This document shows positions 11,901 to 25,585 of a DNA stretch of 64,000 bases, one piece after another. The stretch lies in the NCBI GenBank assembly GCA_048013815.1, contig CM106586.1:17794001-17858000 (forward strand), in the 5' to 3' direction. Numbering within the stretch: the stretch's first letter is position 1; each line of letters starts with the position of its first letter. This DNA is from Setoptus koraiensis. Lineage: Eukaryota; Animalia; Arthropoda. A program made the translations under genes and the position numbers. The notes beneath the pieces are model-generated. The model was not told where the DNA came from. It saw only the letters and a program-made list of their open reading frames with translations, and searched no databases.

Positions 11901-14900
11901 TTTATTAAACATTATATAAAAAAATTACCAAATCTAAATCAATTATCTTTATTCATCACAATACTCTTTCTAAAAAACAATAAATTCTTATTTTATTATT
12001 TACTTTATATTCTATTAAAATATCTTTAAAACCAACCCAACAACATTACAAAATACAAAATAATAAATTCAAAACAAATTATTTACCAATTAAACCAACA
12101 TTCACATCAATCCATATTCAAAATAAATATACATTACAAATATTTTTATAAAAAAATACAAAACAAAAAAAAAAATTATAATAATAATTATTATATACAT
12201 ACAAACACATATTATTCACCCATTATTACTTATCAAACATCCCACAAACTAAATAATCATCATAACAAACTTTTCTAATAACAATTATCCTTCCACCTAT
12301 AACACTCCAACATACCAATAATAATCCTAATCACATTACCCATCAAAAATAAATATAATTATCCCCTCATATCAAACTTACCTCTTATATTTCCATAAAA
12401 CTCTTTCCATTATTACAACCCAAATCCTAAAAAATCCAATACTATCTCTTAACAAATCAAAACAAATTTTAATATATAATCTACTATATATTAATTTAAC
12501 AAATCCTAAAATATTATTCTTTTTTTGATTTTTTATACTAATAAACATAAATTTTTTAATAATTATTATTTCTTCCTTAAAATTCAACCTTATAAATTTC
12601 AAACTAAATCAAATTAACTTTTTATACCACCAAAAATTCTAAATCCTAATTCAAAAATCAAAAATAACTTTAAATCCTACCATCAAAATAAATCACCAAA
12701 CACATTAATTATTTTTCTTAATATAATATTATATCATACATAACATCCCTTTTATAACCATCAATTTAACTATAATTAAATTTATATCACTATTAACAAA
12801 CATTACAACATATACACCAAAACTTAATTACAACCATAATATAAATAAAATATCTTTTCCATATATTAATTTCAAACCGAAAACCCACCCTAAATCAACC
12901 ACACTCCACAATAATAATTAAAAATAACAATTTTACACCAAACAAACAAATCCAAAACCAATCTAAACATATCCCCCCTAATACACATCCATTCCTACTA
13001 AACATAATTCCCACAAATCATAACTCAAAACCTTACTATTTACTAAAAAATATTATTAATTCAACAAATTACAAAATCACAAATACCAACAAAAATCAAA
13101 ATAACCCACAAACTATTTCAAAACCCCAACCCCTAAAAAATTAAACAACTATAACAACCAAAAATTCATCAAAAAAAATACTAATAAAACAATTACAATA
13201 TTTTAAATAAACAAAAATTAATAATCTATTTAATTCCCCAATTCAAAAAAATAATATATATTACCCTTTTCTACTTATACATCACATAAATATACACCAC
13301 ACTACTCAAATAATTTAACCTACATTAATCCACACAATAAATATAATTACCATCATGAAAAAACACAATCAATCAAAACATCTACCCCAATACCCAAACT
13401 AAATTCCAATCCAACTAACAAAATCATAAATACTAATAGACTTAAAACCAAATACTATACAAAAATTTCAAACATTAAACAAAAAAAATTAAATTATATC
13501 AACTCAATTCTCACCTAATAATCTACCTTAAACCTACAAAAATTTCAAAATTAACTCAAATTATATAAAAAATATCCCAATAAATAAATCTAAATCACTT
13601 AACCATCAATAATCATAAATCCCCAAAATAAATCACCCTCCATATCAACAATATTTTACACTAACCATCAAATTCATAAACCCTTAAATTAAATCTCCAC
13701 CAACAATACCCAATCCTCTTCCATTCAAACACAAACTAATCAAAAATTCAATACAAAAATACCCACCCCACTATCCCCCATCCTCAATACAATCTTCAAT
13801 TCAAACCCCCATCACACAAAAAAACAAAACCACAAAAAAAAACCAACAAAAACTTCCTACACACATACTAATTTATTCTAAAAAATAATACCCCCCCATT
13901 CCAATATACACCCAACTCCATCCATCTCTCCCTTATACCAATCCCCAAAAAAACATAACAAACAAAATAATTATTCCAACATATCCTCAATATTATCAAC
14001 ATACACCCAACCAAAAATACAACAAAACCCAACTAAACCATCATTTTCATCATCCTACCATTAACAATCCCCCTCACCAATAACATAATATAATAATTAC
14101 CCCATCTTAATCATAAAAATCACCCAAATTTAACCAATCTTTACTATACGATCATTCAACTCATTTCATAAACTTCAATACCATAACCTCTAATTCTATC
14201 CAAATATATCATATTCTAAACCACTATCATACTCTACACTAATCCAACTTCCTACATCACAAATCTTCTCCCCATCACCTAAACATACCACACACACATC
14301 AACAACAAATTATTTAACCTATCCATATATATATATAATATATATATATATACTTTTAACATACTATATACAACCCTACAAAAATCACACCACCACCTAT
14401 AATAAATTACCACCAATATTCAATATATTTAATTAAATTATTAACAATACCTACAAAATTTACAATCAAAATACCAAAAATACAAAAAAATCAATATTAA
14501 TAAAAAAAACAAAACATAATTTTACCATATAAAAATAAATTTAAAACACTAATCCATCTATCTAACTTAATCATCTACATCTCCCTCACATAAATATCTT
14601 ACAATTATATCCTCCACAACATAAAATTAAATCTCATACTCCTCTCCACTCTATACTACCCAATTCAAATATAACAACCCCAATAACCAAACATCATAAT
14701 ATTTATTAACATATAAAAACCAAATTTACCAACCATTCCCCAAAATCCCCAAAATAACTCTAATACATCCCATACATAATTATCCCACAAAATATACTTA
14801 CTCACTACTCCCATTCCTATAACCACTCCCTAAAATACCATCATATTTAATTAAAAAAAAAATAAAAAAATATTCATAACAAATCATCTTCCAATTTTAT

Positions 14901-15590
14901 TTAATACATATAATTTTTTTTACTAAAAAAAAACAAAAAAAATACATCAAATCCACTCTCTTCACAATAATTCACTACAATTCACTATTCTTCATACTTA
15001 TTCTTATCTAATAATCAAATACAACGAATCATTAACCCAACTCCCCACCCCCCTTTCACCCCCCCCCACTATCCATATATACCTTCCAATCAAAAACCCT
15101 AAACTAATAAAATACCCAACTCAAACAACCTTCCAATCACCTTATCACATCAAAATCTCAAAAAAATTAATCCACACCAAACTCATCCTTAAAATTAACC
15201 CAACTTCTCCAAAATAAACTACAATCCAAATAACCTATAATTTAAATACCCCACTCACCCTTAATAACTACCAACACATACTCCAATTCACAATTTATCT
15301 CCTCACTACTCCACCTCATCATCCCTCATTATATATTCAATTCCAAAAAATATAAATAACAACAAACACCAACAACACAATCCACACCACCACACACCAA
15401 CACCATCCATCCCACTAAAAAATTCAACCATTCTAACTATAACCACATACACAACCTACCATCAAACCAATAACACACCTCCCCTCTACCACCTACAATC
15501 TTTAACACACTAATCCCCAAACCAAACAAACTTAATATTACTAACTAAATTTTAATTCCCCAATCATACCACTTAAAAATTTCATCCTCC
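8989..15590. other. G-depleted low-complexity block, probable long-read/gap-fill artefact
   Basis: About two dozen G in 6.6 kb by eye. Nearly pure A/T at 9-11 kb, grading to A/C/T by 13-15.6 kb. No credible ORF. Flanked by duplicated sequence and abuts the N gap. Confidence 0.75.
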
Positions 15591-15716
15591 TGGTCATCGA
15601 AGTATTTGTTTAAGGTAAATTGTACATGGAGAAGGAGAGATAATGTCAGTTTGAATTTTATAATGTCTAATATAAAAAGTCAATAGAGTAACTGGTTAGG
15701 AGTAACTAACACATTT
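15590..15716 (+). repeat. Second, error-laden copy of 8861-8988 (mannosidase intron/exon boundary)
   Basis: ggagaa(t/g)gagagataatgtcagtttgaattt(t)ataatgtc(a/t)aatataaaaagtcaatagagtaactggttag(g)agtaacta is shared between 8901-8988 and 15628-15716, with a few substitutions and homopolymer indels. Similarity decays leftwards over about 40 more nt. Confidence 0.92.
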
Positions 15717-15726
15717 TCTTGCTGAT

Positions 15727-16226
15727 NNNNNNNNNNNNNNNNNNNNNNNNNNNNNNNNNNNNNNNNNNNNNNNNNNNNNNNNNNNNNNNNNNNNNNNNNN
15801 NNNNNNNNNNNNNNNNNNNNNNNNNNNNNNNNNNNNNNNNNNNNNNNNNNNNNNNNNNNNNNNNNNNNNNNNNNNNNNNNNNNNNNNNNNNNNNNNNNNN
15901 NNNNNNNNNNNNNNNNNNNNNNNNNNNNNNNNNNNNNNNNNNNNNNNNNNNNNNNNNNNNNNNNNNNNNNNNNNNNNNNNNNNNNNNNNNNNNNNNNNNN
16001 NNNNNNNNNNNNNNNNNNNNNNNNNNNNNNNNNNNNNNNNNNNNNNNNNNNNNNNNNNNNNNNNNNNNNNNNNNNNNNNNNNNNNNNNNNNNNNNNNNNN
16101 NNNNNNNNNNNNNNNNNNNNNNNNNNNNNNNNNNNNNNNNNNNNNNNNNNNNNNNNNNNNNNNNNNNNNNNNNNNNNNNNNNNNNNNNNNNNNNNNNNNN
16201 NNNNNNNNNNNNNNNNNNNNNNNNNN
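15727..16226. other. Assembly gap (500 N)
   Basis: Run of exactly 500 N; the next contig starts in a (CA)n microsatellite. Confidence 1.
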
Positions 16227-16322
<96 letters not shown>

Positions 16323-16330
16323 ACATACAC
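16227..16330. repeat. (CA)n microsatellite
   Basis: About 45 CA units directly after the gap. Confidence 0.97.
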
Positions 16331-16989
16331 TCAATCTCACAAACACACACATGCACAGAATTCGCAAGAGAAATTCCAAGTATATGCGTCCCCCTTTGCC
16401 TCTCAATAGTGCAAGTGTGCCACCTAGGCGAAACTAGCTCACTTGCCATTACTCGGCCCCCGGCTCTGCGAGATAGAGGTGCATGTTCGCGTTTGTCTGT
16501 GCGTCTGTGCGTGTGTGTGTGTGTGTCTGCACTATATGAGGGCTCGACATTTCTCCATATAGCACAGCCACCCACAAAATTAGCACACATAGCGACGAGC
16601 TAGCACACACACACACACACACACAGCCACTAGCTGGCACACAACGAGTCGCGAACGGACCTATGCGCAGCTCGCCTCTAGGCGGCCAGAAGCGCCAGTG
16701 GAGTTGTGCCCACGCCATTGGGTTGAACTTGAAATCGAGTAGCAGTAACACAGACACACGGGCATGTGCGTGTGTGTGCGCTGAGGGGCTCGGGATTAAA
16801 ATTAGAGGTAGAGGATTATATTGGGGCCCCGGCGGACGCACTATCATCGCACTGCGACACACACGCAGCAATGATATCATCGAGGCGCCGAGGGTTTGGC
16901 TAGCTTGCCAGCAATATTATATTATTATTCGTAGTAGTGATCGTCAGCGTGTCGAGCAAGCGAAGCGACGTACATAATTGTAGTCTTGG

Positions 16990-17127
<138 letters not shown>

Positions 17128-17482
17128 CCATTAAATGGGAAGAGTCACGGAATCAACACTGTTCGCAAGTGGCCAACAACAGCACCAACAACAACATAGC
17201 AAATACCAAGATAGATATAGAAAATACAACCACCACCACAACAACAAATACAAATGTATATTTATTTAGTTGACTCGACAAGACACGAGATTTATGCAGC
17301 ACAAGCGGCGCCAGGCCACGGCAATAGTAGGAATTTATTATTACATAATTATCATCATTGTCGAATATTATCGAATATTATCTAGCGTTGTCCACGACAA
17401 TGTCAACCACTAATTGATTAGTTTATTAATAATTATATCACAGTTAATTGCATCAGTTGCACAGTTAATTATATCACACAGT

Positions 17483-17520
<38 letters not shown>

Positions 17521-17625
17521 CGTAATCCACTCCATTCCATGAGATTCCAGCAACGGCCACAATTAATGCAATCACTGCTATTATTGTATTGCCACAATCA
17601 AAGATAAGACAGCAACAGCAACAAG

Positions 17626-17671
<46 letters not shown>

Positions 17672-17720
17672 CAATAGACACAATCAAATACGAGCAGCAG
17701 CAAACAAATCGCAAGCAATT

Positions 17721-17784
17721 ATGGGACCGCACCATCCCGCTCACATGGGCCCACCTCACTTTGTTGATCTGCACATTAATCCAG
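17721..17784 (+). CDS. FNDC3: FNDC3/miles-to-go-like protein, candidate first coding exon
   Basis: MGPHHPAHMGPPHFVDLHINP-G followed by the donor gtaagt at 17785. FNDC3-family N-termini carry a V.(L/V).VNPG motif. The ATG is the only in-frame ATG after the stop at 17523; a further upstream exon is possible. Confidence 0.75.
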
Positions 17785-18639
17785 GTAAGTCCCCTACTTT
17801 ATCGCCAGCAACAATGGCTAATGCTGCGATGGCTATTGAAGTCATCGAGACACCCATGTGCGACCCGCGTAAACTAGCGCATCGCTCGGTACACAATTTT
17901 GCATTATATTATTATTATTATTACCGGCTGGGCCAGAAATATATATATATATATATATATATTTGCAACTTACAACCAGTATTATAACTTGTTGTTGCCC
18001 CAAACGGTTGTTGCGTCAGCGCCGCCCGCAATGTGCCGGCTGGCGTGTCCCGTGACCAATATCGCTCGCCATCACGATCATCGTCATGGTGGCGCATGTC
18101 ATGGTGATGATTGTGACGATCACAATGACGATGCCGATGCCGACGATGATGACCAGATTAATGACAGTAGGAATATGATGAATCCCAAAAGTTTACGTAA
18201 AATAAAATAAAGTTTTAGTTTGGCCGTCCGAAACCACTTGCTGCCACAGTGCGCCACTTGTGTGTGCCAGTGTGCGAGTGTGTGTGTGTGTGATTTGGTG
18301 ACTGGTTTCTAAAACCATTACCACTAACTGATGTCATGACGCCAACCACCATCATGACATTCATCCTCCCCATCTATGAGAAACAAACAGAGCCACACTC
18401 TAGTCCAATGATGCACATTATCAGCAAATATATCAGTGCAAACTATTATACAGATTATATAGATTTAGGAGAAGCAACGATAGATGAAAGTGGCTTCCAT
18501 TTGGGCTATTTCCTTGACATACACACTCTACCAGCAGCGTCATCAAGCAACCATCAAAGCGGCTAGTTTGCTCCGCACATTACTAACAAGCTTGCTTGAT
18601 GGCTGCTTGATTGGCCACCACCCTTATAGCTACAGCCAT

Positions 18640-18775
18640 TAGTCAGTCAGTCACTTAGCCAAGTAACCAGCCACTCAGTGAGTTAGCCATTCAGCCATTC
18701 AGTCCGTCAGTCAGTTAGTCAGTCAGCCAGCCAGTCAGCCAGCGAGCCAGCCAGTCAGCCAACCAACCAACCAAA
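18640..18775. repeat. Degenerate (CAGT/CAGC/CAAC)n tetranucleotide repeat in FNDC3 intron 1
   Basis: agtcagtcagtc...agccagccagtcagcc...aaccaacc. Confidence 0.85.
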
Positions 18776-19225
18776 GAACGAGCACGACTTGTGAAAATGC
18801 TTCAGCTAGCTGCTCAGCGGCTCTGATTCATTTTCCACATAAATGGTGTATGGTGATGCAAAGAATTCGTTACTATTAAGGCCAAGGTTGACATTGTTAA
18901 TAACCAAACTCTATTAGCGAGCACACCATCGCCACCACCACCACTATGCAATTGCAATCAACAAAACTCAGATGCGACAAGTACAAGAGAAGTGCCATTG
19001 GATTCAGTAGTTTTTATACGGTCATCAATAACAACAAGCAGCAGCAGCAGTAACAACAACAGCGACTGCTATATGTTGATAGAAGAATCTATACCTCAAA
19101 TATTGCTTTTTGATATGATACGTCTACATGTGTGACCATTGTAACTAATACTACTGAATTTGTGTGTGTGACATGTAAACATTACTCAATCTCATGTCTA
19201 TGAGTCATATGAGGCAGCTTTCCAA

Positions 19226-19257
<32 letters not shown>

Positions 19258-19522
19258 AGTACATTTCGCGTCGAGAGTTATTTGACAAAAATATTCATTT
19301 TTACCGAGTGAATAACCTTATATAATCTCTCACTGGAGCTTTTATTATTGCAGCTGCTGTTGCTGCTGCTGCAATTCATGATGATCTGGCAATATCTTCC
19401 ACTTGGGAAACACTTGCACAACAGCAACTGCCTCTCGCTAATGTTATAACGTGATTCTCTAATGTCTCATTCTTTCTGTTCGAATCCGTCATAATCTTTA
19501 TTTTGTCCTTCCTCAAATTCAG

Positions 19523-19573
19523 GTGCGCATTTAACGTTTCAATTGACCGATGGAAACGAAACAATCCTATCAG
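19523..19573 (+). CDS. FNDC3: FNDC3-like exon 2 (51 nt, phase 1-1)
   Basis: ttcag|GT GCG CAT...CTA TCA G|gttagt encodes (G)AHLTFQLTDGNETILS(G) and keeps frame between exons 1 and 3. Confidence 0.75.
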
Positions 19574-20069
19574 GTTAGTAGTAAGGCTAAGGTTTTATTA
19601 TTAGTTAACATACTCCATCAGTAGTCAACTTGTTTAGTGGGCCTATCTGTTAAATAAATATTCATCACGACAATGTGAGAATATTCATTCATACAGCTTG
19701 CCGCCGCTGCATATCTAAATCTTTAGGTAGCTCGTTAACTGCTGAGTGAACACTCTTCACATTGACCAAATCTGCTAAACTTCCAACTTTATCTTCTCCC
19801 TCCGTGCGTTTATCTGTAATCTCTTGTGATGACATTGCAAAACGACAATCTGTCAAATCACGCCTTTACTACTGAAATCTATGGTTTCCGGTCTGGTCTT
19901 GGATATACCCAACGATGACTACAATGGCATGTTAACAATGACGACATTTATTATATTGTCCGTTTACCAACTCGATATGCTCACTATCCGGCATAAATAT
20001 TACCGGTATATCGGATTTGATTTGAACGAAAACAAACGACGAATGACCAATTGGTTGTTTTTACAACAG

Positions 20070-20131
20070 GACCAGCCTCAATAACTATGATATCTGAGTA
20101 TACGTTCCCACCAGTTCCTGTACCAGTTCAA
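20070..20131 (+). CDS. FNDC3: FNDC3-like exon 3 (62 nt, phase 1-0)
   Basis: acaacag|GA CCA GCC...GTT CAA|gtaagt encodes GPASITMISEYTFPPVPVPVQ. It joins in frame to VPPGHMVHQIVDE of exon 4, restoring the family motif GPA.....P.PVQVPPGH. Confidence 0.8.
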
Positions 20132-20649
20132 GTAAGTAGGGCATAATTTTCACACTACAAACAATTAAGTGTTTTGTTCGATAGCCTTATATATTTCATA
20201 ACTTTTCCTGTTGCTAGATTACCGTACATTTTATGGTTCAGGTGTGTAGTGCCGTTCTCTATCTATAAATATACGTACACAAATATGTGTTATGAGTTTA
20301 TGCATTTTTGTATGTATATCTACTCTATTCAATTTCGACTTGCTCTCGTTTACAGCAATGGTGTTCGACAATTCCTGCTCTAACTAGTCTCTCTGTATAA
20401 ACTACTGATATACTACCATCGCCACCGTCACCATCGCCACCACTACCACCACCACCATTGCTGGGACATAGCTTGAGAGCTCATGTCTGTTTCTTCAATT
20501 TGTATTAGCATCAATTATGTAATAGACTAGCGCCTATTTTATCTCTGGTTCGTTTCTTGTATGCATGCTCAACAACAGCAGTCGCAACAACTGACAGTTG
20601 TTGTTTTCTGTATTCGCCTTTGTTGTGAGTGTTGGAAGACTTTGTTGTC

Positions 20650-23600
20650 ATCATTGCCGTTGTTATTGTTACTTTAAAGACCAAAACATGACAGCCAGTC
20701 ATACTCTGTTCAACAGAGTCTGTTCAAGTTTTTGAAAATCAAACAGAGAGATACACAGCGGAGTCTTTTAAAAAGACACTATCTACACAAGATACCTGAC
20801 TTTGGGGGATTCGTTACCTGTTGAATGTATAGAAGATAGTTTTTGCTCTTTGGTTGCTGGCGCTATTATTGTCAGTCAAATTTAGTTCATCATTGACAGT
20901 AGTATGGTTGCTCATTCTTTGATCTCTGATGTGGTTGTTTGCTAGTGATGTTGCATGAATAAGTTGTATGATGAAGTTGCATCAGTACAGCTAGAGAGAT
21001 GATATTGTTGCCTTAAACTACATCTTAGTAGACTTAGCAGACAACAGAGGTAAATGCTACAACCATTTCGGTGGTTTCCAATCTTATCCAATCAAATCCA
21101 ACAAACATTAGCCATCGATAGTTGATTGTGAATCAACTAATCAAATTCACTCAATCAGATAATACATGGCCGCCGATCTATCTATCGATCTATCTATCGA
21201 GTCGAACATTATATCTTCTTTTGTTTGTGCCGACCTTAGGTTTATCCTGAGCAATCATTCCACTAGGTAGATATCGGTTTCCATTAGAAGCTAACAAAGC
21301 TTTCTGACTGTTTTTGATGTTTGCTACTCCTGCAAGACAGTTTCCGCAAATCTCATCCAGCCAGTTTTTAAGAACACACAACTTTAACACACGTATATAT
21401 ACTCAGTAAACCATGGGCAATTCGGTCGAGCTTGATGGCTCTCTTAGAAATTTTTGTTTATCAACTAGACAGATTGACCACCAACAGAGATTGCCCACTT
21501 GATTAGTAAGAATGAAATATGGTAGAACTCCGTAAATAATTCACACCAAACAATGATGGGCTTCTGCTGTGTTTTGAAGAGACTTTTGAAAGAGATTTGA
21601 TGTATTTTGTTATTGCTAACTCTCCATCTCGAAAAGCACTACCTATGCTGATTAGATTAGTATGAATCCGGCTGATGTTCCTGTATCTGGTACAGTTATT
21701 GTTGTCGGCGATAAAAACATCTACAAACAAGTAGCCCGGATTGAATGCATGTCTCTCATGGGTGAGAGACGATATTGTTGCAGCAGTAACAACTTGTTAT
21801 GGTCCGAGGCTAAGCTTGCATCTAAATATTCTTTGCCAGGTGGTGGTTCTAATCGATAAAGATAATTGAATCAAAGGCTCTAGTTATTCGACAAACTTTC
21901 ACCGGAAGGTACCATCTTCAAGATCCAGCCATCCTTTGATTGGTTGTTCTTTAAAACTCAGAGAAACCACGTCTGACCGGTATCTCTCGGTTGATTGTTA
22001 CAACGCCTCTTATAACTTATTGTTGATAGTTATTGCAGTCTCACTGATTGTAATAATAATAATAATAATGCTCTATATGAATTAGGTCGGCAGATTACGT
22101 ATCACGGGAATTCCTTATTGTTGTTGTGTGAGTGCAGGGCGATGGGCTGTTTTTGTGTGAAAAAAAAACATTATCTTCCATGCGTCTTTCCTCCTTCAAT
22201 CCGTACCTTTTCATATAACCATTTAGCTCCATACTCCTATAGTACAGGTTCACTTATTTACTAGAATAGTGTGGTCATCCGATTAGTTCCTTCGGGTTAA
22301 CGAATGTTGCGTGCAATGTAGTAGACATGAAGAATAAAACTTTTTTTGTTTTTTGTTCTATAGACACATCCAATGTGTTTGATGAGACTGAATGAACAAA
22401 AATGACCATAACTGACGCCGGTTAAAGTTTATATTATATATAATACTTTTGATTGCTTGCAATTACATACATTATTGAACTATAATGACTTAAACAATGA
22501 CATCACACTTAAATATACTAATGTGGCGAGTCAAAGTCTTATTCTAATCTATTTCGTTGGATGTATTTGCAGAAGATGAATAGATAAGCTTTTTGTTGTT
22601 TGCATATCCCCGTTTAGTTAGATAAATGTTGTTTCTAATTAAAAAAGAACATTTATAGTAGTGTAGAGACGTTCCTTGTCTCAGCAGCCTGGATACATCA
22701 GAAGGTTTGCTTACAGTTAAGAGGGACTTGATCTATCAAGTTTCCATACTCGGACTACTATCTAATATTTTCTTTCTCCCATCATTGGCCATATACATTA
22801 ACATACTTCTCTGACATTGAAGTTTATTTGGTTCACTGATTACAATGATTTGTTCTATAGAGTATACTTTTTGGTCACAAAAGACATAAGTCTTTGTTTG
22901 CTACCACAGTTAGATTTGGTACCGCTCTTATCTATCGTGACATTTGGCCGTTTTTTCTTTCAATGAATATATACATCTGTAGCTGATATTTAGATGACTA
23001 TTCACTGAAGCAACTTTAGGGACAGTCATTATGATGAGCTATTCCGTCTACCAATGGTGTTTTGTGTTTCTTTTTCTTCTATTGTATCCTATATCACTCT
23101 GTTCGAGGTAATTAATAGAGTTATATTAATCGAACAGCAACATTAGGTTTATGTTAGTTGGAGGGCGGTATGCAAACCTAATAGATGCTGCAGTTTGAGT
23201 CTAGAGTTTGAGTCTTCATGCTTGGATGTGTCTTTGCAATTTAGCTCTTCGAACATCGTAAAATTCGTTGTGTAAGAGTAAGCTCAGCCTACTGATTGCA
23301 CTTGGAAATATTCGAGTATTCTTTGATAATGAAGTCTTCTCTTGTCAATTGGTAGATTGATCATTTTAACCAAAGGCTGTAGTGATGATTGCTGTAACTG
23401 TATTTATATTGAAATGAAGAAGAGTGTATAGGGTGAATGGTCATCAGTTATGGTTAGTCAGTGTAGAAAAATCTAAGACAGTAGTTAAGGCTACTTCAGC
23501 TTATTCAACATCAAGAGACCCTCCTAGAAAAGGTTAAACTATCAGACACTTGATTGCGAGAATTCTATTCGATTAAGTTGTAACATGTTGTGTGAAGAAG

Positions 23601-25500
23601 TCATCGCGCATCATCTTTAATGTAGTGGTACAAGTCAACGAGAGAGCTCAAATGTAAGAATTCTTACGGAATGTAAATATTGTACACGTTTAAAATCTAT
23701 TAGATTGGATAAGATTATTTAGATGTGTGTAGTCGAGGATGCCATTCATCATTGTTAAACAGCAGCAAGAAGTAGCGGTAGTTTGCCGATGTTGACCATA
23801 TCGTGAACAATTTTTTCTTCATAATTCCATCATTATTAGTTATAGCAATTGGAATAGTGTTGTTATTGTTACTTTCATACATCTTATGATTGGCCCTCCA
23901 TTAATCAGCTGAAAACTTGGTCAGCATACGTTTTTTATCTAGACTCATGTAAATGGGTAATCGATTCAAATGATGATTGATGTTGTCAGCTTCTTCATCT
24001 TAGACATGAACTTATAGTAGTTCTTTTGAAGATGATCGATTCTCCATTCCGCTACCACACTGGACCCGACAATGCGATTCATCATAAAGGTGCGAAACGC
24101 TCGTATTTGTGTTCCTAAACAATCAGAATGGCTGGTAGTTGTTGTTGTTGCTGTTACTGATTTGTTTTACAACTAGACTAAATATATGTTGTCTGGCGAA
24201 AAAAAAACCTTGTTGCGTTCTCGGTCCATAGACAACAATGGGCATCGATAAATAAATAAATAAACATATTGATCAGCGGATGAATGAAGTATCCGTTTGA
24301 TGGGATATTGTGTATATCTATGAATAGGTGATTGATTGATCTGTTAGTTACACAGACTTTGACACACATCTCGTTCTGAGAGTTCCCCTTTCTGCCGTCC
24401 CGTAATGAAACCATCAGATATTCATTGGTCCAATCTATTCGAGCCACATCATATCTGTCATAACTTGGCCACTTTTGAACCGATCGACAGAGAGATGGTG
24501 GAAATCTGCGATTTGACCGATGCATAACCAACTATAACCTTGTTGCAGGCTGGCACACTGATTGATGGAACAGCAAAAAAGCCGTTGTTTCTATATTCGT
24601 GTTGTGTGAGCGAACCGAAAGAATCATAGAGCTAAAAAGTGTTGTCTATAACATAACAGTGCTTAAGAATCATAATAATGCTGCAATTATTATTTAGCCT
24701 TCCACTGTCTAGATGGCGCGCTCTTTCATTTGGCACCGTTGACTTGGTTAGTATAGAACTATTTGTTCGAGTTGTTGTACTAATGTAAGATGGCGGGATA
24801 AACCGCCAAAGTGTCTCACTCACTTGCAAGTTGCACAATGCATTCTGGCGCACAGGCAGCTCTCACAAAGACCACTTTATGATGCTCAATATTTATTGGA
24901 CAACAACGGGGCAATTGTAAGCGCGAATTTCAACTTGAATAGGGCCCGTTCCATTTCAAGGGCTCTATTCATCGTGTCTCGACAACTGCACCATCCAGAT
25001 CCGACGTATAACTCTGAATAGCGGGCCTCACTGGATCGCTGACAAGGGGGGCATCTCAAAATGCTGGCACATATCTATGAATATTTAGGATAATTCATAA
25101 TTATTCATGGATTATGTGACAACAACATTTTTGGGGCGCGCTCACATGAGCTCTTGGCTGCTTGGCACTTAATATTCGCTAACATATGGAGCCAGTTGCT
25201 GGAGGGAGGCAGTCTTGCGCTTTTCTCTCGACAGCATCGCATTCGGGGGCCTCCGCGCACATTATGCGATGGATGCGTGGGGGCGCGCGCACACACAGGG
25301 GAAAAGCATAACAATACTTAATCTGCGACACATCCCCTTGTGGGCGAGTACATTACAGTTTTGCACGTATTTTCTATCCCATTGTGTATTAGGCTCATAG
25401 TAATTCCTACTTGCAACATAACATTTCTGCTCTTGTTGGCTGGAACACTTGCACTATTTAGCGAATATTCGACCAAATTTACAAATTCTCAACCAAACAC
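20650..25500 (-). pseudogene. Decayed FERM-FA-RhoGEF(DH)-PH-PH gene (FARP1/2/Cdep-like), nested antisense in FNDC3 intron 3
   Basis: Colinear fragments separated by stops and frameshifts: FERM-N VAD*VLLCF and NWLHMLANIKCQ (~25330-25160); FERM-B WRFIPP...RHLDSGRL (24632-24853); FERM-C VARIDWTNEYLMVSLRD and CCLWTENATRFFFR (24178-24531); FA-like CLGTQIRAFRT (~24120-24085); DH-like LLHTTCYNLIE* and QPLVKMINLPIDKRRLHYQRILEYF (~23600-23305); PH-like IIVIS (~22850) and EQPIKGWL...YLYRLEPPPGKEYLDASL (~21955-21810). By-eye similarity only. Confidence 0.55.
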
Positions 25501-25585
25501 TAATGCTCATGTTACTATTATTAATATTATTATTATTACTATCATTTTATCATGATGCACAATCGCTTTTGACGCACACCCTCAG

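Noticed and set aside
12378-12602. 74-aa ORF in the G-free block
   Set aside because: A compositional by-product (F/I/K/L/N-rich) with no family motif.
8989-15590. Mitochondrial insertion (NUMT) or AT-rich control region
   Set aside because: G below 0.5% over 6.6 kb is incompatible with mitochondrial genes, and no cox/nad/rRNA/tRNA motif could be read on either strand.
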